From NCBI GenBank assembly GCA_963832165.1, contig CAWHTE010000004.1, positions 192,001 to 256,000 of the forward strand: DNA of 64,000 nucleotides, read 5' to 3'. Each line of letters begins with the position of its first letter. Position 1 is the first letter of the stretch. Under the pieces are notes generated by a model, which saw only the letters and a list, made by a program, of their open reading frames with translations, was not told the origin of the DNA and did no database searches. Source of the DNA: an uncultured delta proteobacterium (GTDB lineage Bacteria > Myxococcota_A > UBA9160 > SMWR01). Made by a program: the position numbers and the translations under genes. Below, in pieces: positions 45,530 to 57,532 of this stretch.

Positions 45530-46363
45530 ATGATGGACGACGCGCAACAAGACGGTGTGGACCGACGCCATCGGCGCCGCCGGCGGCGGCGACGCCGCAC
45601 GCAGCGCGGCCTGCTCCTGCTCCCGCACCTGATCACCACCGCGAACCTCGCGCTGGGATTCTTCGCGATCGTGCAGTCGTTCGCAGGCCGCCACGATCTC
45701 GCCGCGCTCGGCATCGTGCTCGCGGCGGTCGCCGACGCGATCGACGGGCGCGTCGCTCGGCTCGCGGGATCGTCGAGCCGGTTCGGCGTCGAGTACGACT
45801 CGATCGCCGACACCGTGTCGTTCGGCGTCGCGCCCGCGATGCTCGCGTTCTCGGCGGGCAATCTGCAGGTGCTCGGCAAGCCGGGCTGGGTGATGGCGTT
45901 CACGTTCACGGCCTGCGCGGCGCTGCGTCTCGCGCGCTTCAACGTGTCGCCGGGCCGCTACAAGGGCCGTTTCGAGGGCATGCCGTCGCCCGCCGCGGCG
46001 GGCGTGGTCGCGACCACGCAGTGGTTCGTGTCGTTCCTGCGCGAGCAGGGCCGCGTGATCGTGGACGTTCCCGAGTTCCTGGTCGCGCTGTCCGTGGTCG
46101 GGCTCGGGCTGCTCATGGTGAGCCCGCTCCCGTACCGCAGCGGCAAGGAGATCGACCTGCGCCACTCGTTCGGCACGCTCGTGCTGGCCGTGATCGCGCT
46201 CCTGCTCGTGATCGTCGAACCCTCGGTGACGCTGTTCGCGATCGGCGTCGCCTACATGCTCTCCGGCCCGGTCGACTGGCTGTGGCGCCGCCACACCGGT
46301 GCGACGCTCGAGGAGATGCCGGCGCCTCCGCCGCACCCCCTCGAACTGCCCCCGCGAGGTTGA
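45530..46363 (+). CDS. pssA: CDP-diacylglycerol--serine O-phosphatidyltransferase
   Basis: DAIDGRVAR..SRFGVEYDSIADTVSFG CDP-alcohol motif, ALRLARFN, FEGMPSP. Confidence 0.88.
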   Translation: MMDDAQQDGVDRRHRRRRRRRRRTQRGLLLLPHLITTANLALGFFAIVQSFAGRHDLAALGIVLAAVADAIDGRVARLAGSSSRFGVEYDSIADTVSFGVAPAMLAFSAGNLQVLGKPGWVMAFTFTACAALRLARFNVSPGRYKGRFEGMPSPAAAGVVATTQWFVSFLREQGRVIVDVPEFLVALSVVGLGLLMVSPLPYRSGKEIDLRHSFGTLVLAVIALLLVIVEPSVTLFAIGVAYMLSGPVDWLWRRHTGATLEEMPAPPPHPLELPPRG

Positions 46364-46367
46364 AGCG

Positions 46368-47915
46368 ATGAGCGAACTGGTGCGGATCTTCGACACGACG
46401 CTGCGCGACGGCGAGCAATCGCCCGGCTGCAGCATGAACCTCGGCGAGAAGCTCGCGCTCGCACGCCAGCTCGAACGGCTCGGCGTCGACGTGATCGAGG
46501 CCGGCTTCCCGATCGCGAGTGAGGGCGACTTCGAGGCCGTGAAGGCGGTCGCCCAGCAGGTTCGCGGCGTCTCGATCTGCGGGCTCGCGCGCACGGGCGG
46601 CGAGGACGTCGAGCGCGCCGCGCGCGCGCTCGAGGGCGCAGCGGCGCCGCGCATCCACACCTTCATCGCGACGAGCGACATCCACCTGCACCACAAGCTG
46701 CGCATGAGCCGCGAGGAAGTACTCGCGGAGGTCGACCGCGCGGTGCGCCAGGCGCGCGGCTACGTCGACGACGTCGAGTTCTCGGCCGAGGACGCGACGC
46801 GCAGCGACTGGGACTACCTGGTCCAGGTGTTCCGCGTCGCGCTCGACGCGGGTGCGCGCACGCTGAACGTGCCCGACACGGTCGGCTACACGCAGCCCGA
46901 CGAGTACGCCGCGCTGATCCGGCACCTGCGCGCGGGGGTTCCCGATGCAGCGTCCCGTGCCGTCTTCTCCGTGCACTGCCACAACGACCTCGGCCTCGCG
47001 GTGGCGAACAGTCTCGCGGCCGTGCTCGCGGGCGCACGCCAGATCGAGTGCACCGTGAACGGGATCGGCGAGCGCGCCGGAAACACCTCGCTCGAAGAGG
47101 TGGTGATGGCGATGAAGACGCGTCCCGACGTCTACGCGGGGCTCGACACCGAGATCGTCGCCGCGGAGATCTACCCGTCGAGCCGGCTGCTCGCGTCGAC
47201 GATCGGCGTGCCCGTGCAGCCGAACAAGGCGATCGTGGGCGACAACGCGTTCGCGCACGAGGCCGGCATCCACCAGGATGGCGTGCTCAAGGCCGCGATC
47301 ACGTACGAGATCATGACGCCGCAGTCGATCGGTCGCGCGTCGAACGAGCTCGTACTCGGCAAGCACTCGGGCCGCCATGCGTTCCGCGATCGGCTGGCCG
47401 AGCTCGGCTTCGAGCTCGAAGGCGAGGCGTTCCAGGAGGCGTTCCGGCGCTTCAAGGATCTGGCCGACGCAAAGAAGACGATCTTCAACGAGGACCTCGA
47501 GGCGATCGCGAGCGACGCGGTCGTGCGCACGGACGAGCGCTTCGCGGTGAAGGAGGTGACCGTGCTCTCGGGCACGTTCGCCAAGCCCACCGCCACGGTC
47601 GAGCTCTGGGTCGACAAGAAGCCGGTCAAGGCGACGGCGCTCGGGATCGGACCCGTCGACGCGGTGTTCAAGGCGATCGTCGAGCTCACCGAGACCAAGA
47701 GCGAGCTCGAGCGCTTCCACGTCAACGCGATCACGGGCGGCATGGATGCGCTCGGCGAGGTATCGGTGACGGTGTGCGAGGACGGGAGGCGCGTGATCGG
47801 CAACGGCGCCGACCCCGACATCATCGTGGCGAGCGCGCGCGCGTACGTGCATGCGCTGAACAAGCTCGAGTGGCACAAGCGCCGCCATTCGCTGACCGAG
47901 CCGAAGGGCATCTGA
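46368..47915 (+). CDS. leuA: 2-isopropylmalate synthase
   Basis: FDTTLRDGEQSPG, HCHNDLG, GERAGN, AHEAGIHQDG, LGKHSGR. Confidence 0.96.
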   Translation: MSELVRIFDTTLRDGEQSPGCSMNLGEKLALARQLERLGVDVIEAGFPIASEGDFEAVKAVAQQVRGVSICGLARTGGEDVERAARALEGAAAPRIHTFIATSDIHLHHKLRMSREEVLAEVDRAVRQARGYVDDVEFSAEDATRSDWDYLVQVFRVALDAGARTLNVPDTVGYTQPDEYAALIRHLRAGVPDAASRAVFSVHCHNDLGLAVANSLAAVLAGARQIECTVNGIGERAGNTSLEEVVMAMKTRPDVYAGLDTEIVAAEIYPSSRLLASTIGVPVQPNKAIVGDNAFAHEAGIHQDGVLKAAITYEIMTPQSIGRASNELVLGKHSGRHAFRDRLAELGFELEGEAFQEAFRRFKDLADAKKTIFNEDLEAIASDAVVRTDERFAVKEVTVLSGTFAKPTATVELWVDKKPVKATALGIGPVDAVFKAIVELTETKSELERFHVNAITGGMDALGEVSVTVCEDGRRVIGNGADPDIIVASARAYVHALNKLEWHKRRHSLTEPKGI

Positions 47916-47926
47916 AGGGAGATCTC

Positions 47927-49006
47927 TTGCACCGCATCACGGTTCTGCCCGGGGACGGGATCGGCCCCGAGGTGACGCGCGAAGCGCGCCGCGTGCTCGA
48001 CGCCGCCGCGCGCATCGCCGGTATTCCGCTCCACTTCGAGCAGGCGCTCGTCGGTGGCTGCGCGATCGACGCGCAGGGCACACCGCTCTCCGACGAGACG
48101 CTCGAGCTCGCGCGCGGCTCGCGCGCGGTGCTGCTCGGAGCGGTGGGCGGTCCGAAGTGGGACAAGATGCCGGTCGATCGCCGTCCCGAGCGCGGCCTGC
48201 TGCGGATCCGCAAGGAGCTGGGCCTGTTCGCGAACTTGCGCCCCGCGCAGGTGTTCCCGGCGCTCGTGGGCGCGTCGACGCTGCGCCCGGAGGTGGTCGC
48301 GGGGATCGACCTGCTCGTGGTGCGCGAGCTCACGGGCGGGCTCTACTTCGGTGAGCCGCGCGGCCAGGCGATCGTCGCGGGGCGCCGCGAAGCGCGCAAC
48401 ACGATGGTGTACGACGAGACGGAGATTGCGCGGATCGCGGTCGTGGCGTTCGAGGCCGCTCGGCGGCGGCGCCGCGAAGTGACCCACGTGCACAAGGCGA
48501 ACGTGCTCGAGGTATCGCAGCTCTGGGTCCAGGTGGTCGAGGAGGTTGGGAAGGACTTCCCCGACGTCGAGCTGCGCCATCAGCTCGTGGATTCGATGGC
48601 GATGCTGCTCTTGCGCGAGCCTGCGGCCTACGACGTGATCGTCACCGAGAACCTGTTCGGCGACATCCTCTCCGACGAGGCCGCGATGATCACGGGGTCT
48701 CTCGGCATGCTGCCATCGGCGAGCCTGGGCGAGGGCGGCGTGGGGCTCTACGAGCCCGTGCACGGCTCCGCGCCCGACATCGCGGGTTCCGACAGAGCCA
48801 ATCCGCTCGCGGCGATCCTGTCCGCGGCGATGCTTCTCGAGCACTCGCTCGAAGCGCCGGACGCCGCGGCCGCGGTGCGCCGCGCCGTCGACGCAGTGCT
48901 CGCGGACGGCTACCGCACGGCGGATCTCGTCTCGGCCGAGAACGACACCGCACCGATCGGTTGCCGCGAGATGGGCGACCGGGTGCTCGAGCGTCTGAGC
49001 GCCTAG
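47927..49006 (+). CDS. leuB: 3-isopropylmalate dehydrogenase
   Basis: LPGDGIGPEV, FANLRP, RELTGGLYFG, NLFGDILSD, YEPVHGSAPDIAG. Confidence 0.96.
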   Translation: MHRITVLPGDGIGPEVTREARRVLDAAARIAGIPLHFEQALVGGCAIDAQGTPLSDETLELARGSRAVLLGAVGGPKWDKMPVDRRPERGLLRIRKELGLFANLRPAQVFPALVGASTLRPEVVAGIDLLVVRELTGGLYFGEPRGQAIVAGRREARNTMVYDETEIARIAVVAFEAARRRRREVTHVHKANVLEVSQLWVQVVEEVGKDFPDVELRHQLVDSMAMLLLREPAAYDVIVTENLFGDILSDEAAMITGSLGMLPSASLGEGGVGLYEPVHGSAPDIAGSDRANPLAAILSAAMLLEHSLEAPDAAAAVRRAVDAVLADGYRTADLVSAENDTAPIGCREMGDRVLERLSA

Positions 49007-49009
49007 CGG

Positions 49010-50014
49010 ATGGCTACACGCGGGCTGCGTTTGGGCATCACGGGTGCGACGGGAGCGCTCGGCACCGAGGTGTTGTCGGCGCTCGACGATGCGCGCGTGC
49101 CGATCGCGCAGCTCGTCGCAGTGGCCGGCGAGCGATCGCTGGGCGCCGAGCTCGAGTTCCAGGGCGAGCTCGTGCCCGTGGCCGCCGAGCTGCCCGCGCT
49201 GCACGGGCTCGATCTGCTGATCAACTGCGCACCAGCTGCCGCCGCACCCGACATCGCGCGAGCCGCGCTGCGCGCCGAGGTGCCGTGCATCGATCTCTCG
49301 GGCGCGTTCGCGCATCGCAGCGAGGTGCCGCTGGCGTGGACCACGCGCGGCGTTCGCGTCGAGCGCGCGCCGCTGATCGCTGCGCCCGTCGACGCGGCGC
49401 TGGTGTGGCTGCCGCTGCTCGGCGCGCTGGCCGAGCTCGGCGCGCTCACACGCGTGCGCGGCACGATCCTCGAGGGCGCTTCGGCGTGGGGACGTGCGGG
49501 GATCGAAGCGCTCACGCGCGAGTCGCTCGCGCTGTTCAATTCGCAGGATCTGCCGGAGGGCGAGGAGCTCGAGCATCCGCTCGCGTTCGACTGTCATCCC
49601 GCGAGCGGCGAACGCGGCGAGGGCGGACGCCGCGCGCGCGAGAGCGCGCTCGCGGGCGTGCTCGCGCGCGCACTCGATCCCGCGCCTGCGGTGTCCGCGC
49701 GCTGGATCCAGGTGCCCGTGTTCGTGAGTCAGATCTCGGCGTTGACCGTCTCGTGGGATCGCGCGGTCGATGCCGACGAGGCCGCACAGAAGCTCGCGAA
49801 GGCATCCGGTGTGGAGCTCTGGAGCGGGGGCGGAGAGGGCGCGAACCTGCGCGCGGTGGCGGGCCGCGACGTCGTCGTGGCGAGCCGACCCGAGCCCGAT
49901 CGCGCGGAGCCCGGCGCTCTGTTCCTATGGGCCGCGGCCGATCTCCTGCGTCTCGCGGCCGCGAACGCGGCGGCGCTTGCGGCCGCAATGGTCGCCGAGC
50001 GCGGCGCGCGCTGA
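49010..50014 (+). CDS. Aspartate-semialdehyde dehydrogenase-like protein (Usg-like, catalytic residues missing)
   Basis: GATGALG Rossmann motif, IDLSGAF, LAFDCHP, QVPVF, LWAAADLLR; position between leuB and truA. Confidence 0.85.
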   Translation: MATRGLRLGITGATGALGTEVLSALDDARVPIAQLVAVAGERSLGAELEFQGELVPVAAELPALHGLDLLINCAPAAAAPDIARAALRAEVPCIDLSGAFAHRSEVPLAWTTRGVRVERAPLIAAPVDAALVWLPLLGALAELGALTRVRGTILEGASAWGRAGIEALTRESLALFNSQDLPEGEELEHPLAFDCHPASGERGEGGRRARESALAGVLARALDPAPAVSARWIQVPVFVSQISALTVSWDRAVDADEAAQKLAKASGVELWSGGGEGANLRAVAGRDVVVASRPEPDRAEPGALFLWAAADLLRLAAANAAALAAAMVAERGAR

Positions 50015-50023
50015 GGGTTGCGC

Positions 50024-50782
50024 GTGGCGCGCACGTTCCGCCTCACGCTCGAGTACGACGGGACGGAGTTCGAGGGCTGGCAGGTCCAGTCCGGCGGACG
50101 CCGAACCGTACAGGGTGTGCTCGAAGTGGCGCTCGCGCGCGTGACTCGAGAGCGCGCGCGCCCTGTCGGCTCGAGCCGCACCGATGCGGGAGTCCACGCC
50201 GAGGGACTCGTCGCGAGCGTGCGGCTCGAGACCGCGCTCGAGCCCGAGCGGCTGCAGCGCGCGCTCAACGCGTCGCTGCCCGACGACGTCGCGGTGCGCG
50301 AGGTCGCCGTGACCCACGACGACTTCGACGCGCGCCGCGACGCGACGGGCAAGCTGTACCGCTACTCGCTCTGGAACTCGCCCGAGCGATCGCCGCTGCG
50401 GCGCCGCCGCGCGCTGTGCCTGCTGCGGCCGCTCGACCTCGCGCGGATCCGCGCCGCCGCCGCACAGCTCGTGGGCTGTCACGATTTCGCGTCGTTCCAG
50501 GGGGCCGGGTCGCAGGTGCAGTCGAGCGTGCGCCTGCTGCGCCGGCTCGAAGTCACGGGCGAACCCGGGGCCGCGGTCGATCTCTGGTTCGAGGGCAGCG
50601 GCTTCCTGCGCCACATGGTGCGAAACCTCGCCGGAACCCTGATCGAGGTGGGCTCGGGGCGGCGGGATCCCGAGGGGATGACCACGCTGCTCGCGGCGCG
50701 GGACCGGCGTCTCGCGGGTCCGACGGCGCCCGCGCACGCGCTCACACTCGTGTCGGTGAGCTATCAAGATTCCTCGTGTTGA
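50024..50782 (+). CDS. truA: tRNA pseudouridine(38-40) synthase
   Basis: YDGTEFEGWQ, SRTDAGVHA, HDFASF, FLRHMVR. Confidence 0.96.
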   Translation: MARTFRLTLEYDGTEFEGWQVQSGGRRTVQGVLEVALARVTRERARPVGSSRTDAGVHAEGLVASVRLETALEPERLQRALNASLPDDVAVREVAVTHDDFDARRDATGKLYRYSLWNSPERSPLRRRRALCLLRPLDLARIRAAAAQLVGCHDFASFQGAGSQVQSSVRLLRRLEVTGEPGAAVDLWFEGSGFLRHMVRNLAGTLIEVGSGRRDPEGMTTLLAARDRRLAGPTAPAHALTLVSVSYQDSSC

Positions 50783-50851
50783 CGGGAGCTTGCGCCTACG
50801 GTATCGACTCGGACCCGACCGCCGGCGAGCCCGGGTGAGGAGAGGTAGTTC

Positions 50852-51304
50852 ATGGGGGCACAGGCCCATCGCGCCACCCAGAGCGCTCGCCCCGCGGAAG
50901 TGGTGCGGCGCTGGTTCGTCGTGGACGCACAGGACGTCACACTCGGACGGCTCGCGTCGCGCGTCGCCACGATCCTGCGCGGCAAGCACAAGGCGATCTT
51001 CACGCCGCACGTCGACACGGGCGACTTCGTCGTGATCGTGAACGCGGAGAAGGTCAAGCTCACGGGCCGCAAGCGCGAGCAGAAGACCTATCGGCACCAC
51101 ACGGGTTGGACCGGCCACGTGAAGTCGGTCACCGCCGACAAGCTGCTCGACGGCCCGCACGCGGAGCGCGTGCTCCAGAGCGCCGTACGCGGCATGCTTC
51201 CGAAGAACTCGCTGGGCCGGCAGATGTTCCGCAAGCTCAAGGTCTACAAGGGCCCCGAGCATCCCCACGCAGCCCAGCAGCCGGAGGTCCTCGACCTTGC
51301 CTGA
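50852..51304 (+). CDS. rplM: 50S ribosomal protein L13
   Basis: [33 protein letters not shown]. Confidence 0.97.
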   Translation: MGAQAHRATQSARPAEVVRRWFVVDAQDVTLGRLASRVATILRGKHKAIFTPHVDTGDFVVIVNAEKVKLTGRKREQKTYRHHTGWTGHVKSVTADKLLDGPHAERVLQSAVRGMLPKNSLGRQMFRKLKVYKGPEHPHAAQQPEVLDLA

Positions 51305-51692
51305 ACCCCAGACGTTCGTCGCGACGGGCAAGCGCAAGACAGCGGTCGCGCGGGTTCGCCTGCGGATCGGCAGTGGGCAGTTCCGCGTCAACGGACGCAC
51401 GCTCGAGGATTACTTCCCGCGCGAGGCGTCGCGCATGATCATTCATCAGCCGCTCGAGACGGTCAACGCCGTGGGGCGCTACGACATCACCGCGACCCTG
51501 CACGGCGGCGGAATCTCGGGTCAGGCCGATGCGCTGCGCCACGGCATCACGCGTGCGCTCGAATTGCTCGACCCCGGCAACCGTCCCGCGCTCAAGAAGC
51601 GCGGCTTCCTGACCCGCGACGCTCGCAAGAAGGAGCGCAAGAAGTACGGGCAGAAGGGCGCCCGCGCGCGCTTCCAGTTCTCGAAGCGCTAG
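51297..51692 (+). CDS. rpsI: 30S ribosomal protein S9
   Basis: [33 protein letters not shown]. Confidence 0.97.
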   Translation: MPEPQTFVATGKRKTAVARVRLRIGSGQFRVNGRTLEDYFPREASRMIIHQPLETVNAVGRYDITATLHGGGISGQADALRHGITRALELLDPGNRPALKKRGFLTRDARKKERKKYGQKGARARFQFSKR

Positions 51693-51699
51693 GTCTCCG

Positions 51700-52734
51700 A
51701 TGAAGATTGCGGTGGTCGGGGCCAGCGGGTACACGGGCCTCGAGCTGCTGCGCCTGTTGCTCCGGCATCCCGAGTTCGAGATCGCCGCAGTGACCTCGGA
51801 GCAGCGCGCGGGGCGCGAGGTGGGCGACGTGTTCCCCGCGCTGCGCGGGCGGCTCGATCTGCGCTTCGAGGCGGTCGATCCCGCGTCGCTCGCGGGCCGC
51901 GTCGAGCTCGCCTTCACGGCGCTGCCGCATGGGGCGTCGGCGCGCGCAGTGATCGGGCTGCGCGACGCGGGCGTGCGCGTCGTCGATCTCTCGGCCGATT
52001 TCCGGATCCACTCGCTCGCCACCTATCAGCAGTGGTACGGCGAGCACCCGGCGCCCGCGCGGCTCGCCGAAGCGGTCTACGGTCTGCCCGAGCTGCACCG
52101 CGCCGCGCTGCGCACGGCCTCGCTCGTGGCCGCGCCCGGTTGCTATCCCACGTCGGCGCTGTTGCCGCTCGCGCCGCTGCTGCGCGCGGGGCTCGTCGAG
52201 CCGCGCGGGATCCACATCGATTCGAAGTCGGGCGTCTCGGGCGCGGGCCGCACGCTCTCCGACGGCTACCTGTTCGCCGAGCTCGACGGCAACTGCCACG
52301 CCTACAAGCCGGGCTTCACGCACCGCCACGCGCCCGAGATCGAGCAGGAGGCGAGCGAGGTCGCGGGCGGCGAAGTGCGGGTCACGTTCGTGCCGCATCT
52401 GCTCCCGACCGTGCGCGGGATCGCCACGAGCGTGTACGTGCGACCGCGCGGCGGCGACGCCGAGCGCGCGCGCCGCGCACTGCACGAGGCGTACGACGCC
52501 GAGCCGTTCGTGCGCGTGCTTCCCGAGGGCGAGACGCCGTCGCTCCAGGCGGTCGTCGGCACCAACTTCTGCGACGTCGCGCTGTTCGCCGACACACGCA
52601 ACGAGACGTGGATCCTGCTCTCGACGCTCGACAACCTGTGCAAGGGCGCGAGCGGGCAGGCGCTGCAGTGCGCGAATCTCGTGTGCGGATTCCCCGAGAC
52701 GATGGGGCTGCTCGACACGGCGCTCTTGCCGTAG
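51700..52734 (+). CDS. argC: N-acetyl-gamma-glutamyl-phosphate reductase
   Basis: GASGYTG, DLSADFR, PGCYPT, SGVSGAG, DNLCKGASGQA. Confidence 0.96.
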   Translation: MKIAVVGASGYTGLELLRLLLRHPEFEIAAVTSEQRAGREVGDVFPALRGRLDLRFEAVDPASLAGRVELAFTALPHGASARAVIGLRDAGVRVVDLSADFRIHSLATYQQWYGEHPAPARLAEAVYGLPELHRAALRTASLVAAPGCYPTSALLPLAPLLRAGLVEPRGIHIDSKSGVSGAGRTLSDGYLFAELDGNCHAYKPGFTHRHAPEIEQEASEVAGGEVRVTFVPHLLPTVRGIATSVYVRPRGGDAERARRALHEAYDAEPFVRVLPEGETPSLQAVVGTNFCDVALFADTRNETWILLSTLDNLCKGASGQALQCANLVCGFPETMGLLDTALLP

Positions 52735-52768
52735 CTCACACCGAAACGCGAGTGGATCCGCGCGCGGT

Positions 52769-52797
52769 TTGACGCTCGATAGCGCCCACGATATACC
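52769..52797 (+). promoter_or_regulatory. Putative promoter for NUDIX-pyrG
   Basis: TTGACG-N17-TATACC. Confidence 0.45.
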
Positions 52798-52818
52798 TCG
52801 CAAAACCACTCGGTCCGC

Positions 52819-54907
<2,089 letters not shown>

Positions 54908-55151
54908 TACTAGTTCGACGAACTAACGTTACCCCCGGTGGGTAGACCTTTTCCCGCGCGGTGCTCCAAATGCGTAGGTCGGGCTCCTAACGGTCGCTGT
55001 ACGATCCTCCGCTCGCGGGGACGTGGCTCGGCTCTTGCAGCCTTTACGCCGCAAGGGAAGGGCGCGACGCGTTACATCGACGCGCCGCTGTGGCTCCGTT
55101 CCACCGTCGAGCTGTCGAGCCGCGCAGGCCTTGCGCAGGCGAGGAGTACGG

Positions 55152-56072
55152 ATGCGAGTCTGGCTGCGGTCTGGATGGACCTGTGCGATGGGTGCGATCG
55201 TCGGCGCGAGCTGGATCGCGAGCTCCGCCGGGGCGGCGTCGCTGACCTACGGCGTGGTCGCTGCGGAGAGCGATCTGAGCCTGCGCTTGAACGCGCAGGC
55301 CTTCATGGACGTGACGCCCGACCTCACCGAGGGCCTGCCCGGCGGCGACGATTTCCCCTACACCGCGGCCCTGAACTCGGTCTCGAACACGACGCCCAGT
55401 CCCTCGTCCCACGTGGTCGCGGACGTGGGCCTTCCGGGCGGGTTCGACAACGGCGCCCACGGCATCTCGTTCTCGGAGCTGGTGATCCAGGCGCTGGCCC
55501 CGAGCAACCTGAGCGGGTTCGGATTCGTTTCGGTGCCGCTCGACCTCACCGGCTCGTCGAACCAGCTCGTGCTCTTCGATGTGGTCGTGTCCTACTTGAG
55601 CATCGTTCTGGACAGTCCCCTCACGTCGTCGCTGACGCCGACGGGGAACGCGAATGAATGGCTCTGGGCGGGGCTCGCCAACGTGACCATCAGCGGAGAG
55701 GTCGGGCCCTACGTGAATCCATTCGGCGTCACGCTCGGGATCTTCCCGTTCAGCCAGCAGGCGACGATCCCGCTGGCCGGGACCTTCTCGGGAATTCCGA
55801 CCGGCACCCAGATCACGGTCGGGATCCCGCTCGGCGCGCTCGAGGACGAGCCGCTCCCGCTCCCTCCGATCGAAGTGAGTCTGCCGCTCGACCTGCTCCA
55901 GCTCGGGCTCATCACGGGCACTTTCAAGCTGACCGACCTGACGCTCGTCGAGTTCTCGTCCGACGTCGTCTACCGGAACGTGACGCCGATCCCGGAGCCG
56001 GGCACGGCACTGCTCCTGGGTCTCGGCCTCGCGGGGCTCGCGGTGCGCCGCATCCACAGCCTCGGGCGCTGA
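55152..56072 (+). CDS. PEP-CTERM protein of unknown function
   Basis: Signal peptide; beta-rich, Lys/Arg-poor body; PIPEPGTALLLGLGLAGLAVRR. Confidence 0.85.
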   Translation: MRVWLRSGWTCAMGAIVGASWIASSAGAASLTYGVVAAESDLSLRLNAQAFMDVTPDLTEGLPGGDDFPYTAALNSVSNTTPSPSSHVVADVGLPGGFDNGAHGISFSELVIQALAPSNLSGFGFVSVPLDLTGSSNQLVLFDVVVSYLSIVLDSPLTSSLTPTGNANEWLWAGLANVTISGEVGPYVNPFGVTLGIFPFSQQATIPLAGTFSGIPTGTQITVGIPLGALEDEPLPLPPIEVSLPLDLLQLGLITGTFKLTDLTLVEFSSDVVYRNVTPIPEPGTALLLGLGLAGLAVRRIHSLGR

Positions 56073-56145
56073 TCCGGACGGCCGGTTCGAGAGGGGCGGT
56101 CCTGCCTCGCGTTTGCGAGGAGGGTCCGCTAATCATCTCGCGCTC

Positions 56146-56221
56146 GGGACGTTAGCTCAGTTGGTAGAGCGCTGTGTTCACACCGCAGAGGTCACTGGTT
56201 CGAGCCCAGTACGTCCCACCA
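56146..56221 (+). tRNA. tRNA-Val(CAC)
   Basis: Acceptor GGGACGT/ACGTCCC, anticodon arm CTGTG-TT-CAC-AC-CGCAG, CCA. Confidence 0.96.
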
Positions 56222-56223
56222 GT

Positions 56224-56300
56224 GGCCCGGTAGCTCAGCTGGATAGAGCACCAGCCTCCGAAGCTGGGGGTCGCGCGTTCGAATCGCGCCCGGGTCACCA
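56224..56300 (+). tRNA. tRNA-Arg(CCG)
   Basis: Acceptor GGCCCGG/CCGGGTC, anticodon arm CCAGC-CT-CCG-AA-GCTGG, CCA; 2 nt after tRNA-Val. Confidence 0.96.
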
Positions 56301-57532
56301 TTCGTCGCCCAGAATCCAGACGCGGAGCACCTTGGCGTGGGCTATGCGCGCGCCCTGCGCCACCCGGCGAGGCCGAACACCCCGAGCACACCTGCGACGA
56401 GGAGCAAGTCCTTGCCGGGCTCGGGGGCGACGCGAATACCGATGGCGTCGATCCCGCTCGTCGGGTCGAAGCCGAGCCCGCTCGTCGCGGCGAGGTTTAT
56501 CGCGCCGCTGAAGTACGCCCCGCTGCGGATCCCGCGGTCGCCGCTGATGATGGCCTCGTTCCACTCGTACACGTTCCCGCCCTGGTCGAAGGTGCCGTAG
56601 GGGCTCGGCGAACCCGGGTAGCTGCCGACGATCGTCAGTTCGCCCGCGGCGCTGGCGCAGTTGGCGCTGTTCGCCGCTGCGGTCGGCGCCGAGCAGGTCG
56701 TCTGCGTATCCGAGCCCGCCGGATAGTCGAAGTAGCTCGTCGAAGGTGGGCTGTAGAACGCCGCCTTGTACCACTCGTCCTCGCTCGGCAGGAAGATCGT
56801 TGCACCCGCGTTGCGCGCGCCGACCGTCGTCGGGCCACTGAACGTGTAGGCGCCGTCCTCGGTCGTCGTGTTGTCCTGCGCCCCGGTGAGTTGGCCGTTG
56901 TGCAGCCAGTTCGCGAAACGCGCCGCGTCGTAAAATGACACGTAGTTCACGGGCATGTCTTCACGAAACGCTATTGCGGCATAGCTGTAGTCGGGGCCGA
57001 TGACGGTCCTCGTGATGCCGCCGAGGCCCGAGTCCATGCTGGTGCTATAGAGCGCGTTTGGGTCGGCCTGTCCGGCGGCGGCGACGGCGTTCAGGAACTC
57101 CGCGTACTGCGCGTTTGTCACCTCGTAGGTGCCGATGTTGTAGCCATAGCCCACTGCGCCGAAGCCCGTGTTGTCGGCGGCATTGCCCGGATTCCCCACA
57201 AACGTCCAGTCGATCGTGACGACGGCCGAGGCAGGGGCACCCAGCAGCAGCACGGCCCCGAGCATCGACAGCGGGATCAGCGTTCGCATGGCGTTCCCTC
57301 CCAGTGGGCGAGACCAAGGGTACTCCTACAGGCCAATCAAAGGGCGATCGTCTGGCCTCGAACTAGCGCCAACCGGCTTGGAGGCGGCCGCGCGGGCGCA
57401 GCGTTACCCTCTTCGCTCAGCCACACGCGGCCGTCTTGCCAGACACGGGCAGCATGACCGGGATCGGGAAGCGCGCCCAAGCGCTCGGCGCGATCGTAAA
57501 CCCGGGACGTGACATGCCCGGGTCACCATTCG
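56288..57532. mobile_element. tRNA-Arg-anchored islet bounded by a 17-bp direct repeat GCCCGGGTCACCATTCG; no integrase
   Basis: Identical 17-mer at 56288-56304 (tRNA 3' end) and 57516-57532. Confidence 0.75.
56342..57289 (-). CDS. FGE-sulfatase/SUMF1-domain protein with PEP-CTERM-like C-terminus
   Basis: Signal peptide; YEVTNAQYAEFLN, PVNYVSFYDAARFANW, LPSEDEWYKAA, GNVYEW, IGIRV; APEPGKDLLLVAGVLGVFGLAGWRR. Confidence 0.88.
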   Translation of the reverse strand: MRTLIPLSMLGAVLLLGAPASAVVTIDWTFVGNPGNAADNTGFGAVGYGYNIGTYEVTNAQYAEFLNAVAAAGQADPNALYSTSMDSGLGGITRTVIGPDYSYAAIAFREDMPVNYVSFYDAARFANWLHNGQLTGAQDNTTTEDGAYTFSGPTTVGARNAGATIFLPSEDEWYKAAFYSPPSTSYFDYPAGSDTQTTCSAPTAAANSANCASAAGELTIVGSYPGSPSPYGTFDQGGNVYEWNEAIISGDRGIRSGAYFSGAINLAATSGLGFDPTSGIDAIGIRVAPEPGKDLLLVAGVLGVFGLAGWRRARA

